A stretch of DNA of 64,000 bases from contig JALZUE010000023.1 of NCBI GenBank assembly GCA_023301705.1, positions 3,454 to 67,453 of the forward strand, read 5' to 3'. Below the pieces are notes generated by a model that saw nothing but the letters and a program-made list of their open reading frames with translations, ran no database searches and was not told where the DNA came from. This document shows, in pieces, positions 63,828 through 64,000 of the stretch; within the stretch, counting starts at the first letter, position 1, and each line of letters opens with the position of its first letter. A program made the position numbers and the translations under genes. This stretch comes from Alteromonadaceae bacterium (GTDB taxonomy: Bacteria; Pseudomonadota; Gammaproteobacteria; Enterobacterales; Alteromonadaceae).

Positions 63828-64000
63828 CTTCGCTCACCTTATTATTTTGGTAACGGCCCCAAGTTAAACTGCGAATAAGAATATTATCTTCATTTAATAC
63901 TAACGTACCGGTTTGACCAGAGAATCGTAAGTAAGTTCTATTTTGCATTTGAGGCAAGGTATTTAATAATTGTAAGCTGTCATAACCCATTGCAAATATC
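63814..64000 (-). CDS. lpoA: Penicillin-binding protein activator LpoA, C-terminal 61 codons (5' part outside the window)
   Basis: This ORF is not in the ORF track because it is under 60 aa. My minus-strand translation from 63999 gives IFAMGYDSLQLLNTLPQMQNRTYLRFSGQTGTLVLNEDNILIRSLTWGRYQNNKVSEVVME*. It resembles the E. coli LpoA C-terminus, and the gene sits upstream of yraN. Confidence 0.75.

Overview
This is a chromosomal window from an AT-rich, marine-type gammaproteobacterium. Gene content and order look Alteromonadales-like, but the taxon is inference only. All family calls come from reading the supplied translations against remembered E. coli and Vibrio proteins; no searches were run. 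The window holds about 75 tightly packed genes. I saw no tRNA or rRNA genes, no IS, integrase or phage genes, and no CRISPR array. Gene order: rnr (3' end)-rlmB-DUF945 gene | rpsF-priB-rpsR-rplI | mshH (csrD-like) | one antisense PLP desulfhydrase/deaminase-family gene | a complete MSHA type IVa pilus locus, mshI-I2-J-K-L-M-N-E-G-F and mshB-A-C-D-O-P-Q (7.8-25.4 kb) | mreBCD-maf-rng-yhdP-tldD | yjgA/pmbA | mgtE | npr-rapZ-ptsN-(no hpf)-rpoN-lptB-lptA-lptC-kdsC-kdsD-yrbG on the minus strand | mlaFEDCB-ibaG-murA | degS-degQ-zapG (minus) | zapE-rplM-rpsI | petABC-sspAB | dolP-diaA-yraN-lpoA (3' end, minus). The only accessory-looking block is the MSHA pilus locus, and its gene content is canonical. 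I found no convincing evidence of an undescribed multi-gene system. The most noteworthy observations are: (i) LptA carries an internal 64-residue module duplication; (ii) hpf is absent from the otherwise conserved rpoN-hpf-ptsN slot, replaced by a 278-bp non-coding spacer with its own terminator; (iii) tldD is juxtaposed with yjgA-pmbA; (iv) MshH/CsrD is catalytically degenerate while the MshE ATPase keeps both c-di-GMP-binding motifs; (v) structured leaders precede rpsF and rplM.
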